NCBI GenBank assembly: GCA_003251795.1 | Contig: QKEI01000117.1 | Location: 4,738 to 68,737, forward strand | Length of the DNA: 64,000 nucleotides | DNA from: Candidatus Muproteobacteria bacterium | Lineage (GTDB): Bacteria > Pseudomonadota > Gammaproteobacteria > Acidiferrobacterales > SPGG2 | Direction: 5' to 3' | In this document: piece after piece, positions 28,160-40,376 of the stretch | How positions within the stretch are numbered: position 1 is the stretch's first letter | Layout of the letters: each line of letters opens with the position of its first letter | Position numbers and translations under genes: made by a program | Notes under the pieces: model-generated | Told to the model about the DNA's origin: nothing | The model's database searches: none | What the model saw: the letters and a program-made list of their open reading frames with translations, nothing else

Positions 28160-28917
28160 ATGTTCACGGCTTCTTGGCATTGTTCTATAAGGAGGTGCTG
28201 CGTTTCAGCAACGTCGCATGGCAGACCCTAGGGGCACCCGTCGTTACTGCCTTGTTGTATTTGCTGGTATTTGCACAGGTGTTGGAGGGCCGGGTGCAGG
28301 CGTTCGAAGGCGTGAGCTACACGGCTTTCCTGGTCCCCGGTCTGATGATGATGGCAGTGATTCAGAATGCATTTGCTAACAGCTCCTCAAGTCTCATTCA
28401 GTCCAAGGTTGCTGGCCACATTGTTTTCGTGTTGCTTGCGCCGCTATCGAGCCTGGAATTATTTCTCGCCTTCGTGCTTGCTGCCGTCGTGCGTGGTCTC
28501 GCGGTTGGTGCGTGCGTCGGGCTGGTGGTGATGCTGTTCGTTCCACTGCCTGTACACAATCCATTGCTCGTCGTGGTTTTCGCTTTCCTTGGTAGCGCCG
28601 TGCTCGGCACGCTTGGTCTGATCGCCGGTATATGGGCTGACAAGTTCGATCATGTGGGCGCATTCCAGAACTTCGTGATTGTGCCGTTCTCGTTCCTGAG
28701 CGGGGTGTTCTACTCGATCCACTCCCTGCCCGTGTTTTGGCAGAGGCTGTCTCACTTCAACCCATTTTTTTACATGATCGACGGATTCCGCTACGGTTTC
28801 TTCGGACGATCCGACGTCAGTCCTGTCCTTAGCCTGGCGATCGTGGGGTTTTTTCTATCATTACTGACGACAGTGACGCTGGCCATGCTGCAGCGGGGCT
28901 ATAAGCTGCGCAGCTAA
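28156..28917 (+). CDS. yadH: ABC-2 type permease (YadH-like)
   Basis: FLVPGLMMM, NSSSS, FLSGVFYSI, NPFFYMIDGFRYGF and GYKLR. Coupled to yadG. Confidence 0.92.
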   Translation: MNVHGFLALFYKEVLRFSNVAWQTLGAPVVTALLYLLVFAQVLEGRVQAFEGVSYTAFLVPGLMMMAVIQNAFANSSSSLIQSKVAGHIVFVLLAPLSSLELFLAFVLAAVVRGLAVGACVGLVVMLFVPLPVHNPLLVVVFAFLGSAVLGTLGLIAGIWADKFDHVGAFQNFVIVPFSFLSGVFYSIHSLPVFWQRLSHFNPFFYMIDGFRYGFFGRSDVSPVLSLAIVGFFLSLLTTVTLAMLQRGYKLRS

Positions 28918-29029
28918 GCTACCGAGAGGAACGTGCCAGCCCACCCCTTCAATTCACGCCCTGCCTGACGTATGCTTGTCTGGTCCCTTGAAAAGGTGGA
29001 AATCGGCTCGATAATTAGGTTTCCCGGCG

Positions 29030-29275
29030 ATGCAGCCCGAACAGATCAAGCACTTAATTGAACAAGGTCTCGCGGGTGCGCATGCCAGTGTGTCCGGCGA
29101 TGGCCAACACTTCGAGGCCATCGTTGTATCCGCGGCGTTCGCAAACAAGACTATGGTGCAGCAACACAAGCTGGTGTACCAGGCGCTCGGTAATAAGATG
29201 CAGGGCGAGATTCACGCGCTGTCGTTGCGGACCTATACGCCAGAACAGTGGGCTGAGCAGGGCGGCGCCATCTGA
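29030..29275 (+). CDS. ibaG: BolA family protein (IbaG-like)
   Basis: GDGQHF, HKLVY and IHALSLRTYTPEQW. Confidence 0.93.
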   Translation: MQPEQIKHLIEQGLAGAHASVSGDGQHFEAIVVSAAFANKTMVQQHKLVYQALGNKMQGEIHALSLRTYTPEQWAEQGGAI

Positions 29276-29317
29276 CGCTTGTGCAGCCAGTGACACTTGA
29301 GAGAGAGGTTTGTAGAT

Positions 29318-29632
29318 ATGTCAGTACAAGAGCGAATCAAGCAACAGATTCAATCCGATAAAATCGTGCTTTATATGAAGGGCACACCTACGGCGCCGTT
29401 GTGCGGCTTTTCTGCTCGTTCCACACAGCTGCTGGGCGCTTGTGGTGCCAGGTTTACGGCCATCGATGTACTCACCGACCCGGAGATTCGGGAAGGCATC
29501 AAGCAGTATTCTAGTTGGCCGACAATTCCGCAGCTGTACATTAACGGCGAATTCATCGGTGGATGTGACATCATCACTGAGCTATATCAGAAAGGAGAGC
29601 TGCAGAAGCTGGTCACGGAGGTCCAGGGTTGA
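29318..29632 (+). CDS. grxD: Monothiol glutaredoxin Grx4
   Basis: LYMKGTP, CGFS, WPTIPQLY and GGCDI. Confidence 0.97.
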   Translation: MSVQERIKQQIQSDKIVLYMKGTPTAPLCGFSARSTQLLGACGARFTAIDVLTDPEIREGIKQYSSWPTIPQLYINGEFIGGCDIITELYQKGELQKLVTEVQG

Positions 29633-29656
29633 AGAGTCAGCGTCTTCGCGCACTAG

Positions 29657-31054
<1,398 letters not shown>

Positions 31055-31077
31055 TCGCTGCCGCTTGTGGCGAGATC

Positions 31078-31722
31078 ATGTCCAGCATTGTGCACATCGC
31101 CCTGTCGAAGGGCCGTATTCTGGAAGAGAGCCTGCCGCTGCTTGCGCGCGCGGGCATAGAGCCTGCCGAAGACCCAGAAACGAGCCGTAAACTGGTTCTC
31201 GATAGCCGAGATCCGGACGTCAAACTTATTATTATCCGTGCCGCCGACGTACCCACCTATGTGCAGTATGGTGCGGCCGATCTCGGTTTCGCCGGCAAGG
31301 ACGTGCTTATGGAGTCCGATGGCGACGATCTTTATGAGCTGCTCGATCTCAAGCTGGCGCACTGTCGGATGATCGTGGCCGAGCCGGATCGGCTCGCCGC
31401 GCGCGACGATCCCCGTAACTGGACGCGGTTGCGTATTGCTACCAAGTACGTCAAGACGACGCGCCAGCACTTCGCGGCGAAAGGTATTCAGACCGATATC
31501 ATCAAGCTTTATGGCTCAATGGAGTTGGCACCACTGGTTGGGTTATCGGATCGGATTGTGGATCTCGTACACACCGGCAGGACCTTGGCTGCCAACGGGC
31601 TGGTGGAAGTCGAGCACATCGCTGACATTAGCGCCCGTCTGGTGGCAAACAGGGCATCGCTAAAGATGAAACATGCAGCAGTAAGGGCGCTAGTACAACG
31701 ACTGGCGCAGGCCGTGCAGTGA
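31078..31722 (+). CDS. hisG: ATP phosphoribosyltransferase, short form
   Basis: ALSKGRI, GKDVL, IATKY and LYGSMELAP. 214 aa, so HisZ-dependent. Confidence 0.98.
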   Translation: MSSIVHIALSKGRILEESLPLLARAGIEPAEDPETSRKLVLDSRDPDVKLIIIRAADVPTYVQYGAADLGFAGKDVLMESDGDDLYELLDLKLAHCRMIVAEPDRLAARDDPRNWTRLRIATKYVKTTRQHFAAKGIQTDIIKLYGSMELAPLVGLSDRIVDLVHTGRTLAANGLVEVEHIADISARLVANRASLKMKHAAVRALVQRLAQAVQ

Positions 31723-33038
31723 ACGCATCGCTCCAGTCACTGAAGCTGCGTGTTCTCGATACCGGTGCGCGCGACTTCGAGTCCGAATTCGAGCGCTTGC
31801 GGGAACGGGGAGGCAGCAACGACCCCGAGGTTGAAAACGCCGTACGCGCGACGCTAGCGGATGTGCAAGCTCGTGGTGACGCAGCGTTGTTGGAATATAC
31901 GCGGCGCCTCGATCGCTATGACTGCGCGAGTGCCGGCGAGCTACAGGTGCCGGCGAAACGCATCGAGCAAGCGGTTGCAGCGATAGCGAGCGAACAGCGT
32001 TCAGCGTTGCAACAAGCCGCTGTACGCATACGCGATTATCATCAGCGACAACTCACACGCTCGTGGCGCTACCAGGACGATGACGGCACGCTGCTCGGTC
32101 AACAGGTGACGGCACTGGAACGTGTGGGCGTCTATGTACCTGGGGGTAAGGCGGCCTATCCCTCGTCCGTGCTGATGAATGCGATCCCGGCGAAGCTCGC
32201 GGGCGTGGACCTCATCGTCATGACGGTGCCGGCGCCCGCCGGCGTGTTGAATGATCTGGTGCTAGCTGCCGCCGAACTGGCGGGTGTCGATCGCGTGTAT
32301 ACCCTCGGTGGTGCGCAGGCGATCGCTGCGCTGGCCTACGGTACCGAAAACGTGCCCCGTGTTGACAAGATTGTCGGTCCGGGCAACGCCTATGTAGCAA
32401 CGGCCAAACGCATGGTGTTTGGTCAGGTAGCCATCGATATGATCGCCGGACCCTCTGAGGTGGTCGTATTGTGCGATGGCGCGACCGACCCCGCTTGGAT
32501 AGCGATGGATCTTTTTGCCCAGGCGGAGCACGACGAAGACGCACAGGCCGTGCTTATCAGCCTGGACGCCGACTTCACGCAACGTGTGCTTAAGGCAATC
32601 ACGGAACTGCTCGAAGGCATGGAGCGGCGCGACATCATCAAGGCCTCATTGGAACGCCACGGCGCCTTGATCACCGCACGCACGACCGACCAAGCCATTG
32701 ATCTGATCAACCGCTTGGCACCCGAGCACGTAGAGCTTTCTATTGAGGATCCGCTGCCGGTGGCGGAGCGCATTCGCCATGCCGGAGCCATTTTTCTTGG
32801 GCGTCATACGGCGGAAGCGCTCGGCGACTATTGTGCCGGCCCAAACCATGTGCTGCCGACCTGCGGTACGGCTCGGTTTAGCTCGCCACTCGGCGTATAC
32901 GACTTCCAGAAACGCACGAGCCTGATCATGTGCACACCTATCACCGCGGCCAAGCTGGGTGCAACCGCTTCTGTGCTAGCACGCGGGGAAGGGCTGACCG
33001 CGCACGCGCACTCGGCTGATTACCGAAGTAAGCGCTAG
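31719..33038 (+). CDS. hisD: Histidinol dehydrogenase
   Basis: [30 protein letters not shown] and AGPNHVLPT. Confidence 0.99.
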   Translation: MNASLQSLKLRVLDTGARDFESEFERLRERGGSNDPEVENAVRATLADVQARGDAALLEYTRRLDRYDCASAGELQVPAKRIEQAVAAIASEQRSALQQAAVRIRDYHQRQLTRSWRYQDDDGTLLGQQVTALERVGVYVPGGKAAYPSSVLMNAIPAKLAGVDLIVMTVPAPAGVLNDLVLAAAELAGVDRVYTLGGAQAIAALAYGTENVPRVDKIVGPGNAYVATAKRMVFGQVAIDMIAGPSEVVVLCDGATDPAWIAMDLFAQAEHDEDAQAVLISLDADFTQRVLKAITELLEGMERRDIIKASLERHGALITARTTDQAIDLINRLAPEHVELSIEDPLPVAERIRHAGAIFLGRHTAEALGDYCAGPNHVLPTCGTARFSSPLGVYDFQKRTSLIMCTPITAAKLGATASVLARGEGLTAHAHSADYRSKR

Positions 33039-33083
33039 CCAGTGATCGCGCGCGAAGCGCTTTTGCTCCTGCGTCACGCTACC

Positions 33084-34169
33084 ATGAACATCGCCGACAG
33101 AGTCGCCCGCCTGGTCCGTCCGGAAATCCGTGCCACTCGTGCTTACGCGGTAGCGGATGCCGGTGGACGGATAAAGCTCGACGCCATGGAGAGTCCATAT
33201 CCCTTGCCGCCCGAGATCAAGCAAGCTTGGCTCGACACCCTGCGCGAGGTCGAAGTAAACCGCTACCCCGACGCCGATGCGCGTGCGCTTAAGCAATCGC
33301 TGCGCGAGGCAATGGCAATACCAGCGGACATGGAGCTGCTTCTGGGCAACGGCTCGGATGAGCTGATTCAAGTGGTGTTGCTGGCAGTTGCGCGCCCGGG
33401 CAGCTATGTACTGGCGCCGACGCCGACCTTCGTCATGTACGAGGTGATTACTAATGCCGTCGGTATGGACTTCGTCGGCGTAGCGCTCACTGAGGATTTC
33501 GGGCTTGACGTCGTTGCCATGCGCACCGCCATGCGGCGTTACGAGCCGTTGGTTACCTTTATCGCCTGTCCGAACAATCCCACCGGCAATCTGTTCGCCA
33601 CTGACGCCGTGGAAGAGCTAGTCAGCGATGCCCCGGGGCTCGTCGTCATTGACGAGGCCTATTTCGCGTTCACCGATAGCAGTTACATCGATCACCTGCA
33701 CCGCTACGACAACCTGCTGGTGCTGCGCACGCTATCAAAGATGGGGCTGGCGGGTCTGCGCTTGGGATTGTTGGCGGGCGCGCCTGCCTGGATTGAGGAA
33801 CTAAATAAAGTGAGGTTGCCCTACAATATCAACAGCCTCACGCAGGCGAGTGCGCAACTCATGCTGAAACGGCGCGAGTTCATTGCCGAGCAGGTGCGAC
33901 AGACCCGCTCCGAACGACAGCGCGTGTTTACGGCACTCAGCGATCTCGCTGGTGTGCGGGTCTGGCCGAGCGAAACCAACTTCATCCTGTTTCGCGTACA
34001 GTCGCGTGAAGCCAAAGACGTGTATGAAGGGCTGTACGCTGCCGGCGTGCTAGTGAAAAACCTGGATCCACAGGGGGGGGCGCTTCATGCCTGTCTGCGC
34101 GTCACTATCGGTACGCCAGTGGAAAACGATGCGTTCATCAACGCCCTCAAAGAGATGCTAGGCGCCTAG
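33084..34169 (+). CDS. hisC: Histidinol-phosphate aminotransferase
   Basis: GNGSDELI, PNNPTG, DEAY and RTLSK (PLP Lys). Start placed at ATG 33084. Confidence 0.98.
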   Translation: MNIADRVARLVRPEIRATRAYAVADAGGRIKLDAMESPYPLPPEIKQAWLDTLREVEVNRYPDADARALKQSLREAMAIPADMELLLGNGSDELIQVVLLAVARPGSYVLAPTPTFVMYEVITNAVGMDFVGVALTEDFGLDVVAMRTAMRRYEPLVTFIACPNNPTGNLFATDAVEELVSDAPGLVVIDEAYFAFTDSSYIDHLHRYDNLLVLRTLSKMGLAGLRLGLLAGAPAWIEELNKVRLPYNINSLTQASAQLMLKRREFIAEQVRQTRSERQRVFTALSDLAGVRVWPSETNFILFRVQSREAKDVYEGLYAAGVLVKNLDPQGGALHACLRVTIGTPVENDAFINALKEMLGA

Positions 34170-34196
34170 TCGCGAACGGCAGTTGTGATACCATCC

Positions 34197-34826
34197 ATGT
34201 CCCGCAATCAAGGCAAGAAGCAGGTACAAGTCGTGAAGCAGCGGACCGCTGAGGTTACACGCGGCACCAAGGAAACGCAGATTACGGTATCCGTCAATCT
34301 CGATGGTACCGGCGCGGTGAAACTCGAAACCGGCATGCCTTTTCTCGAGCACATGTTGGAGCAGGTGGCGCGTCACGGCCTGGTCGATCTGACGATCAAG
34401 GCCAAGGGTGATCTCGAAGTGGACGCGCATCACACGGTCGAGGACATAGGTATCGTGCTCGGGCAAGCGCTGGTCAAGGCGCTCGGCGACAAGAAAGGTA
34501 TCCGTCGTTACGGCCACGCCTACGTACCGCTGGACGAGGCCTTAAGTCGGGTGGTGATTGATTTTTCGGGACGTCCTGGGCTTGAGTACCGGGTGGAGTT
34601 CCCTCGCGCGCGGGTGGCACAGTTCGACGTCGACCTGATTCATGAGTTCTTCCATGGTTTCTGTAACCACGCTCAGGTGACATTGCATATCGATAACCTG
34701 CGTGGCAACAACTCGCATCATGTTGCCGAGACCATCTTCAAGGCATTTGGTCGTGCGCTGCGTATGGGTCTGGAGCACGATCCACGCATGGGCGGCGTGA
34801 TACCTTCGTCAAAGGGTACTCTCTAG
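34197..34826 (+). CDS. hisB: Imidazoleglycerol-phosphate dehydratase (monofunctional)
   Basis: DAHHTVED and [16 protein letters not shown]. Start uncertain (GTG 34233 possible). Confidence 0.97.
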   Translation: MSRNQGKKQVQVVKQRTAEVTRGTKETQITVSVNLDGTGAVKLETGMPFLEHMLEQVARHGLVDLTIKAKGDLEVDAHHTVEDIGIVLGQALVKALGDKKGIRRYGHAYVPLDEALSRVVIDFSGRPGLEYRVEFPRARVAQFDVDLIHEFFHGFCNHAQVTLHIDNLRGNNSHHVAETIFKAFGRALRMGLEHDPRMGGVIPSSKGTL

Positions 34827-34911
34827 CGACGACGTTGCGCGCCCGCGCGGGTACGGCTTCCCCTAACGGCGTTTTCCTGCGTCGTATGCATCGGCATCCT
34901 GATCGGCGGAC

Positions 34912-35562
34912 ATGAAACACATCGCAGTGATCGATTACGGCATGGGCAATCTGCGCTCGGTGAGTAGAGCCATCGAGCACGTTGCGCCCTCGACTCGGGT
35001 TGTGGTCACGTCCCACCCGGAGGAAATCCGCCGCAGCGACAGCGTGGTCTTTCCTGGACAAGGCGCCATGGGTAGCTGTCTAGTGGCGCTGGACTCACAC
35101 GGGTTGCGCGAGGTGCTGCTCGAGGCGGTTCGCGAGAAACCCTTCCTTGGCATCTGCCTCGGTCTGGAGGCATTGTTTGGGTTCAGTGAAGAAGACGGGG
35201 GTATGGCCGGGCTTGGATTACTTCCTGGTCGGGTGAGGTTGTTCCCACCTGAGCGCATGCGTGATGCTGCAAGTGGGGGTGCGCTCAAGGTACCGCATAT
35301 GGGCTGGAACCAGGTCCACCAGCTGCGCGCACACATATTGTGGCGTGGAATCCCACAGGATGCACGCTTCTACTTCGTGCACAGTTACTATGTGGAGTGT
35401 GGCGACGCCCGTTATGCTGTCGGCTCAACCGACTACGGTGTGAGTTTCACGTCCGCCGCGGCACGCGAAAATCTTTTTGCCCTGCAATGCCATCCGGAGA
35501 AGAGCGCGCATATCGGCCTGCAACTGCTGCGCAACTTCGTCAATTGGGACGGGACCGACTAG
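34912..35562 (+). CDS. hisH: IGP synthase glutaminase subunit
   Basis: DYGMGNL, GICLG, PHMGWN, YFVHSY and HPEKS. Confidence 0.98.
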   Translation: MKHIAVIDYGMGNLRSVSRAIEHVAPSTRVVVTSHPEEIRRSDSVVFPGQGAMGSCLVALDSHGLREVLLEAVREKPFLGICLGLEALFGFSEEDGGMAGLGLLPGRVRLFPPERMRDAASGGALKVPHMGWNQVHQLRAHILWRGIPQDARFYFVHSYYVECGDARYAVGSTDYGVSFTSAAARENLFALQCHPEKSAHIGLQLLRNFVNWDGTD

Positions 35563-35579
35563 GTCCATCCACGGAGTAG

Positions 35580-36326
35580 GTGATGTTGGTCATTCCCGCC
35601 ATCGATCTAAAGTCCGGCAAGTGCGTGCGTTTGCGTCAGGGGCGCATGGATGAAGAAACGGTATTCTCGCAAGACCCGGTAGCCATGGCCGGCCGCTGGG
35701 TTGCCGCCGGAGCGCGACGTTTGCATATCGTCGATCTCGATGGGGCGCGTGCAGGTAAACCGGTTAATGTGGCATTTATCGAGGCGATCGCTCGGCGCTA
35801 TCCGCGACTGCCGATCCAAGCAGGCGGCGGCATCCGCGATATGTCGACCATAGCGGCCTACCTCGGCGCCGGGGTGAGCTACGTCATCCTCGGTACCAAG
35901 GCCGTTACGACCCCGCAGTTCGTGCATGAGGCGTGCGCCCAGTTTCAAGGTCATGTTATCGTTGGTTTGGACGCCAGAGATGGCAAGGTGGCTACCGAGG
36001 GTTGGTCCAAGCAATCGGCGTACGATGCGGTTGAGCTTGGCAAACGCTTTGAAGATGACGGCGTCGTTGCTGTCGTCTATACCGATATTGGTCGTGACGG
36101 CATGTTGACCGGGGTCAATGTTGAGGCGACTGCGCGACTCGCGCGCGCCATATCGGTACCGGTGATCGCATCTGGCGGTATTAGTAACTTGGATGATATA
36201 CGCAGGCTCTGTGAAGTCGCTGATGCCGGTATCGTTGGCGCCATTACCGGGCGTGCGATCTACGAGGGCACGCTCGACCTTGCGCAAGCGCAACAACTGG
36301 CAGATGAGCTAAGCGCAGAGAACTGA
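35580..36326 (+). CDS. hisA: ProFAR isomerase
   Basis: [21 protein letters not shown] and TDIGRDGML. Confidence 0.98.
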   Translation: MMLVIPAIDLKSGKCVRLRQGRMDEETVFSQDPVAMAGRWVAAGARRLHIVDLDGARAGKPVNVAFIEAIARRYPRLPIQAGGGIRDMSTIAAYLGAGVSYVILGTKAVTTPQFVHEACAQFQGHVIVGLDARDGKVATEGWSKQSAYDAVELGKRFEDDGVVAVVYTDIGRDGMLTGVNVEATARLARAISVPVIASGGISNLDDIRRLCEVADAGIVGAITGRAIYEGTLDLAQAQQLADELSAEN

Positions 36327-36334
36327 GCATTAGT

Positions 36335-37105
36335 ATGGGCCTGGCGAAGCGAATCATTCCGTGTCTCGATGTGGACAACGGCCGTGTGGTGAAGGGTGTG
36401 CGTTTCGTCGATATACGTGATGCTGGCGACCCGGTGGAGGTTGCGGGCCGCTACTATGAACAAGGCGCGGACGAAATCACCTTTCTCGACATCACCGCCA
36501 GCTCCGACAACCGCGATACCATGGTGCATGTGGTCGAGGCCGTCGCTGGTGAGGTCTTTATTCCCCTGACAGTGGGCGGCGGCATCCGCAGCGTCATCGA
36601 CGTACGGCGTATGCTCAACGCTGGCGCTGACAAGGTGTCGATCAATACCGCTGCGGTCAGTGATCCGGATCTGGTCAAACGTGCCTCCGATCACTTCGGT
36701 GATCAGTGCATTGTGGTGGCCATCGATGCCAAGCAGGCTGAGTACGGTGACGCACCGCGCTGGGAGGTGTACACGCATGGCGGGCGTAAGCCTACGGGTA
36801 TCGATGCGGTGGAGTGGGCGCGCAAAATGGCTGATTTCGGAGCCGGCGAGATCCTGCTGACGAGCATGGACCGTGATGGCACGCGCGACGGTTTCGATCT
36901 GGCATTGACCAAGGCAGTTTGTGATGCGGTCCCCGTGCCGGTGATCGCCTCCGGTGGCGTCGGTAATCTCGATCATCTGGTCGAAGGCATCCTGCAGGGG
37001 CATGCCGATGCGGTGCTGGCGGCAAGCATCTTCCATTACGGCGAGTACAGCGTAGCACAGGCCAAACAGCGCATGGACGAACGCGGGATCGAGGTGCGTT
37101 TGTGA
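36335..37105 (+). CDS. hisF: IGP synthase cyclase subunit
   Basis: [21 protein letters not shown] and LTSMDRDG. Confidence 0.99.
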   Translation: MGLAKRIIPCLDVDNGRVVKGVRFVDIRDAGDPVEVAGRYYEQGADEITFLDITASSDNRDTMVHVVEAVAGEVFIPLTVGGGIRSVIDVRRMLNAGADKVSINTAAVSDPDLVKRASDHFGDQCIVVAIDAKQAEYGDAPRWEVYTHGGRKPTGIDAVEWARKMADFGAGEILLTSMDRDGTRDGFDLALTKAVCDAVPVPVIASGGVGNLDHLVEGILQGHADAVLAASIFHYGEYSVAQAKQRMDERGIEVRL

Positions 37106-37509
37106 GTGATGTGACAATGTCTGAATCCTTACTTGGTGCGATCAATTGGAACGCTGACGGGCTCATCCCGGTAGTGGCTCAGGAGCAGAAGAGCGGTCGC
37201 GTGCTGATGCTAGCGTGGATGAATCGCGAGGCAATGGCCGCGACAATCCGTGAGGGCTACGCGATCTATTGGTCGCGCTCGCGGCGAAGGTTGTGGCGCA
37301 AGGGTGAAGAGTCCGGACACATCCAGCGGGTACGGGAGATCCGGCTTGATTGCGACAATGACACGCTGCTGCTCATTGTCGAGCAGGTCGGCGGTATCGC
37401 CTGTCATACCGGACGAGAGAGTTGCTTCTTTCAGCGACTACAAGACGATCGCTGGGTGGCGGTTGAGCCGGCACTGAAGAGTCCAGAGGAAATATACGGC
37501 AAGCGTTGA
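37102..37509 (+). CDS. hisI: Phosphoribosyl-AMP cyclohydrolase
   Basis: [20 protein letters not shown] and CHTGRESCF. Confidence 0.98.
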   Translation: MSDVTMSESLLGAINWNADGLIPVVAQEQKSGRVLMLAWMNREAMAATIREGYAIYWSRSRRRLWRKGEESGHIQRVREIRLDCDNDTLLLIVEQVGGIACHTGRESCFFQRLQDDRWVAVEPALKSPEEIYGKR

Positions 37510-37531
37510 CGTTATCCGGAGCCCCATCCCA

Positions 37532-37855
37532 GTGTCCGATATTCTCGCGAAGCTAGCGAAGATTCTTGAGCAACGCAAACAAGCGCAGCCCGACTCGTCC
37601 TATGTGGCACGCCTATATGACGAGGGGGTCGACGCGATTCTCAAGAAGATCGGCGAAGAATCAACCGAGTTGATCGTTGCCGCCAAATCCGGCAGCGCCA
37701 ATGAGGTGGTACACGAAACGGCGGATCTCTGGTTCCATACCTTGGTGCTGCTGGCAAGCCAAGGGCTCACGGCTGATGATGTCTTACATGAGCTCGAACG
37801 GCGTTTCGGTGTCTCTGGTTTGGACGAAAAAGCGCGTCGCGGCAGCCCAAAGTAG
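37532..37855 (+). CDS. hisE: Phosphoribosyl-ATP pyrophosphatase
   Basis: SSYV, KKIGEE and ETADLWFH. Confidence 0.98.
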   Translation: MSDILAKLAKILEQRKQAQPDSSYVARLYDEGVDAILKKIGEESTELIVAAKSGSANEVVHETADLWFHTLVLLASQGLTADDVLHELERRFGVSGLDEKARRGSPK

Positions 37856-37951
37856 AAGGCTGGGCGGGCGTTATGTAAGATACAGGCCATCATAACCGTG
37901 TAGTAATTTTGCAGTTAACGTACACCCCCTGGGGTTACGACGGAGGCGGAG

Positions 37952-38185
37952 ATGGGCGGTATAAGCATCTGGCAGTTACTGATTATCTTATTAATAGTGA
38001 TCCTGGTCTTCGGCGCGAAGAAGATCCGTGGTCTCGGCGGAGACGTGGGCGCCGCCATCAAGAACTTCAAGCAGGCGGTTAAGGAGGGCGGTGAAGAAGA
38101 CGGGGAAGACAGCCCAAAGAGCGACACCAAGACCGGCGAGGTAATCGAAGGAGAGGTCACGGCCAAGAAGAAGCAGAAGGCGTGA
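37952..38185 (+). CDS. tatA: Tat translocase TatA
   Basis: [20 protein letters not shown] and KNFK. SD GGAGG. Confidence 0.97.
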   Translation: MGGISIWQLLIILLIVILVFGAKKIRGLGGDVGAAIKNFKQAVKEGGEEDGEDSPKSDTKTGEVIEGEVTAKKKQKA

Positions 38186-38215
38186 GCAGCTTCGTGACGA
38201 CGCGACCTTGCAACC

Positions 38216-38647
38216 ATGTTCGATATCGGCATCTGGGAGCTGGCGTTAATCGCGCTGTTGGCCCTTATTGTGCTCGGGCCGAAGCGGTTACCCGAGGTCG
38301 CGCGCATGGCGGGCAAATGGCTCGGCACGGTGCGGCGCTTCGTCGCCAGCGTGAAGGAGGATTTTGATCAGGAGTTAAAGAGCGAAGAACTCAGCGAGCT
38401 GCGCAAGCTAAAGCAAGAGCTAAGCGAGACTCGCGACCTCATCCAGCGCTCTTCGAACGAGACGCTCGATCATCTGCAGCACGATCTCGATGTCGAGCCT
38501 GCGAGCACGACCGTCGAGCAGCGATCGGAACGCAAGCCCGCAGCCCGCACGCGCGCTAGCAAGTCGACAAAACGCGCGGCCGCCAAGACGCGTACGAAGA
38601 AACCCGCGTCAAGAAAGAAACATGCCAGAGCACGACGAACACGATAG
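38216..38647 (+). CDS. tatB: Tat translocase TatB
   Basis: MFDIGIWEL and LGPKRLP. Confidence 0.97.
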   Translation: MFDIGIWELALIALLALIVLGPKRLPEVARMAGKWLGTVRRFVASVKEDFDQELKSEELSELRKLKQELSETRDLIQRSSNETLDHLQHDLDVEPASTTVEQRSERKPAARTRASKSTKRAAAKTRTKKPASRKKHARARRTR

Positions 38648-39479
38648 CGTCGAGGGCACGTTTCTCTCGCACTTAGTGGAACTGCGCAACCGCGCTATCT
38701 ACGCAGTAGCTGTGGTGCTCGGTGTGTTTACTGCGCTGGTGTATTTCGCGCGCGACATCTATGTCATCGTCGCGCGACCGCTAATGGCGGTTTTGCCCGA
38801 GGACAGCAGCATGATAGCCACCGAGCCGGCGGCGCCGTTTTTTATCCCCATCAAGCTGACCTTCGCCGTAGCGGTCGTGATCGCGCTGCCATATGTGCTT
38901 TACCAGCTGTGGGCATTCGTGGCGCCTGGGCTTTATAAGCACGAGCGTAGGCTGGTAGTACCATTGCTGGTTTCAAGCACGTTGCTCTTCTACTTGGGCA
39001 TGGCGTTCGCCTATTTCGTCGTGTTCCCCATTGCCTTCGGTTTCTTCACCCGTTATGCGCCCGAGGGCGTGCTCGTCATGACCGATATCGGCGCGTACTT
39101 GAATTTTGTGCTGCGCCTGTTCTTTGTCTTTGGCATTGCCTTCGAGGTACCCATCGCCATCATCTTGCTTACCCGCATGGGCGTGCTCGACCCTGATGCG
39201 CTTGCCAAACAACGGCCGTACATTCTGATCGGGGTCTTTATAGTAGCGATGCTGCTAACGCCACCGGACGTTTTTTCGCAGACGCTGCTGGCCATACCGA
39301 TGTTACTGCTGTTCGAGATCGGCATCTTTTTTGCCCGCCGCATGCGGCCCATGGAAACCACGGAAGACGAAGTCGAGCCGGGTATGGATGCCTCGCTTGG
39401 CCGGGACGGCGGGACTGCAGCGGCTGGCGTCAAGGGCGGTGCTAGCAAGGCTACGCGCCGCCGATCCAAGCGGCGCTGA
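38622..39479 (+). CDS. tatC: Tat translocase TatC
   Basis: [22 protein letters not shown] and TPPDVFSQ. Start at ATG 38622. Confidence 0.98.
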   Translation: MPEHDEHDSVEGTFLSHLVELRNRAIYAVAVVLGVFTALVYFARDIYVIVARPLMAVLPEDSSMIATEPAAPFFIPIKLTFAVAVVIALPYVLYQLWAFVAPGLYKHERRLVVPLLVSSTLLFYLGMAFAYFVVFPIAFGFFTRYAPEGVLVMTDIGAYLNFVLRLFFVFGIAFEVPIAIILLTRMGVLDPDALAKQRPYILIGVFIVAMLLTPPDVFSQTLLAIPMLLLFEIGIFFARRMRPMETTEDEVEPGMDASLGRDGGTAAAGVKGGASKATRRRSKRR

Positions 39480-39512
39480 CTTCAACCGTTGTGTATCGGC
39501 TATGGCGCACAG

Positions 39513-39623
39513 GTGGCTTACCGCTAAAGCTCGGCGCACACGTCACTAACCCCCACTGGTATCTATCGGCGGTACAAGCGACTCGGTAGTGTGTCTGCGG
39601 GCAGATTTTACCGGGACCTTCCC
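39513..39623 (+). pseudogene. Probable decayed Nif3-like (YbgI) C-terminal relic
   Basis: Fragments VAY..GAHVT..G/VQA/LGSVSAGRF..DLP (two single-base insertions) against the Nif3 pattern AAGHHATERYGVQALGE.LA.RF..DIP. Lies in the tatC-petA slot. Confidence 0.45.
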
Positions 39624-39670
39624 GGGGGCAGCGCGTTAAACGGCGTGCAGGGGTGATGTATCGCTTGGTG

Positions 39671-39707
39671 TTTGATGTATAATGCCGCCGCGCTTTTTCG
39701 CATCAAA
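39671..39707 (+). promoter_or_regulatory. Putative petABC promoter: TATAAT flanked by inverted TTTGATG/CATCAAA
   Basis: Perfect TATAAT at 39678-39683. Inverted repeat arms at 39671-39677 and 39701-39707. Confidence 0.5.
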
Positions 39708-39779
39708 ATCGTTTTATACCCGAACTAGCTCTGCCGCCTAGCATGCGGCAGGTGAGGCGTATGTTTCCTGGGAGAGCCC

Positions 39780-40376
39780 GTGAGTGCCGAGAGCGTTAAC
39801 CGGAAGCGACGACGTTTATTGCTCGTGACTACCGGCCTCGGCGCCGTCGGAGGACTATTTACCGCGTTTCCCTTCGTGATGAGCATGACTCCGAGCGCAC
39901 GCGCACGCGCGATGGGCGCCCCGGTGACGGTGGATATAAGCAAGCTCGAACCGGGACAGCGGCTGGTAGTGGAATGGCGTGGTAAGCCGGTATGGATAGT
40001 GCGGCGCACGCAGGCGATGCTCGATGGCCTGCCGAAGATAGACAACGAGCTGGCCGACCCAAAATCGGAGGTGAACCAACAGCCAGTCTATGCGCAGAAC
40101 GAATGGCGATCCATTAAGCCTTCAATCCTGGTACTGGTGGGGATCTGTACTCATCTAGGGTGCTCGCCGCTGCCGAAGCTCGAAGTGGGTCCGGCATCGG
40201 GGCTTGGGGCCGACTGGCCGGGCGGCTTTTTCTGTCCGTGCCATGGCTCGAAATTTGACCTTGCTGGGCGTGTATTCAAGGATGTGCCGGCGCCGTCCAA
40301 CCTGGTGGTACCGCAATACGGATTTCTGAGTGACACGCGCATCATCATCGGTGTCCACAGGGAGGGGGCCGCATGA
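39780..40376 (+). CDS. petA: Cytochrome bc1 Rieske Fe-S subunit
   Basis: Tat-like RRRLL, CTHLGC and CPCHGS. Confidence 0.98.
   Translation: MSAESVNRKRRRLLLVTTGLGAVGGLFTAFPFVMSMTPSARARAMGAPVTVDISKLEPGQRLVVEWRGKPVWIVRRTQAMLDGLPKIDNELADPKSEVNQQPVYAQNEWRSIKPSILVLVGICTHLGCSPLPKLEVGPASGLGADWPGGFFCPCHGSKFDLAGRVFKDVPAPSNLVVPQYGFLSDTRIIIGVHREGAA

Noticed and set aside
31055-31077. his attenuator or leader peptide
   Set aside because: Only 23 bp separate murA and hisG, with no run of His codons.
36260-37117. 285-aa antisense ORF over hisF, and similar long shadow ORFs (29861-30541, 35607-36296, 49020-49739, 63073-63972)
   Set aside because: They overlap well-supported genes on the opposite strand and have no recognisable motifs. 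Such ORFs are expected in GC-rich DNA.
39672-39706. FNR box at petA
   Set aside because: TTGAT and ATCAA are 25 bp apart rather than 4 bp.
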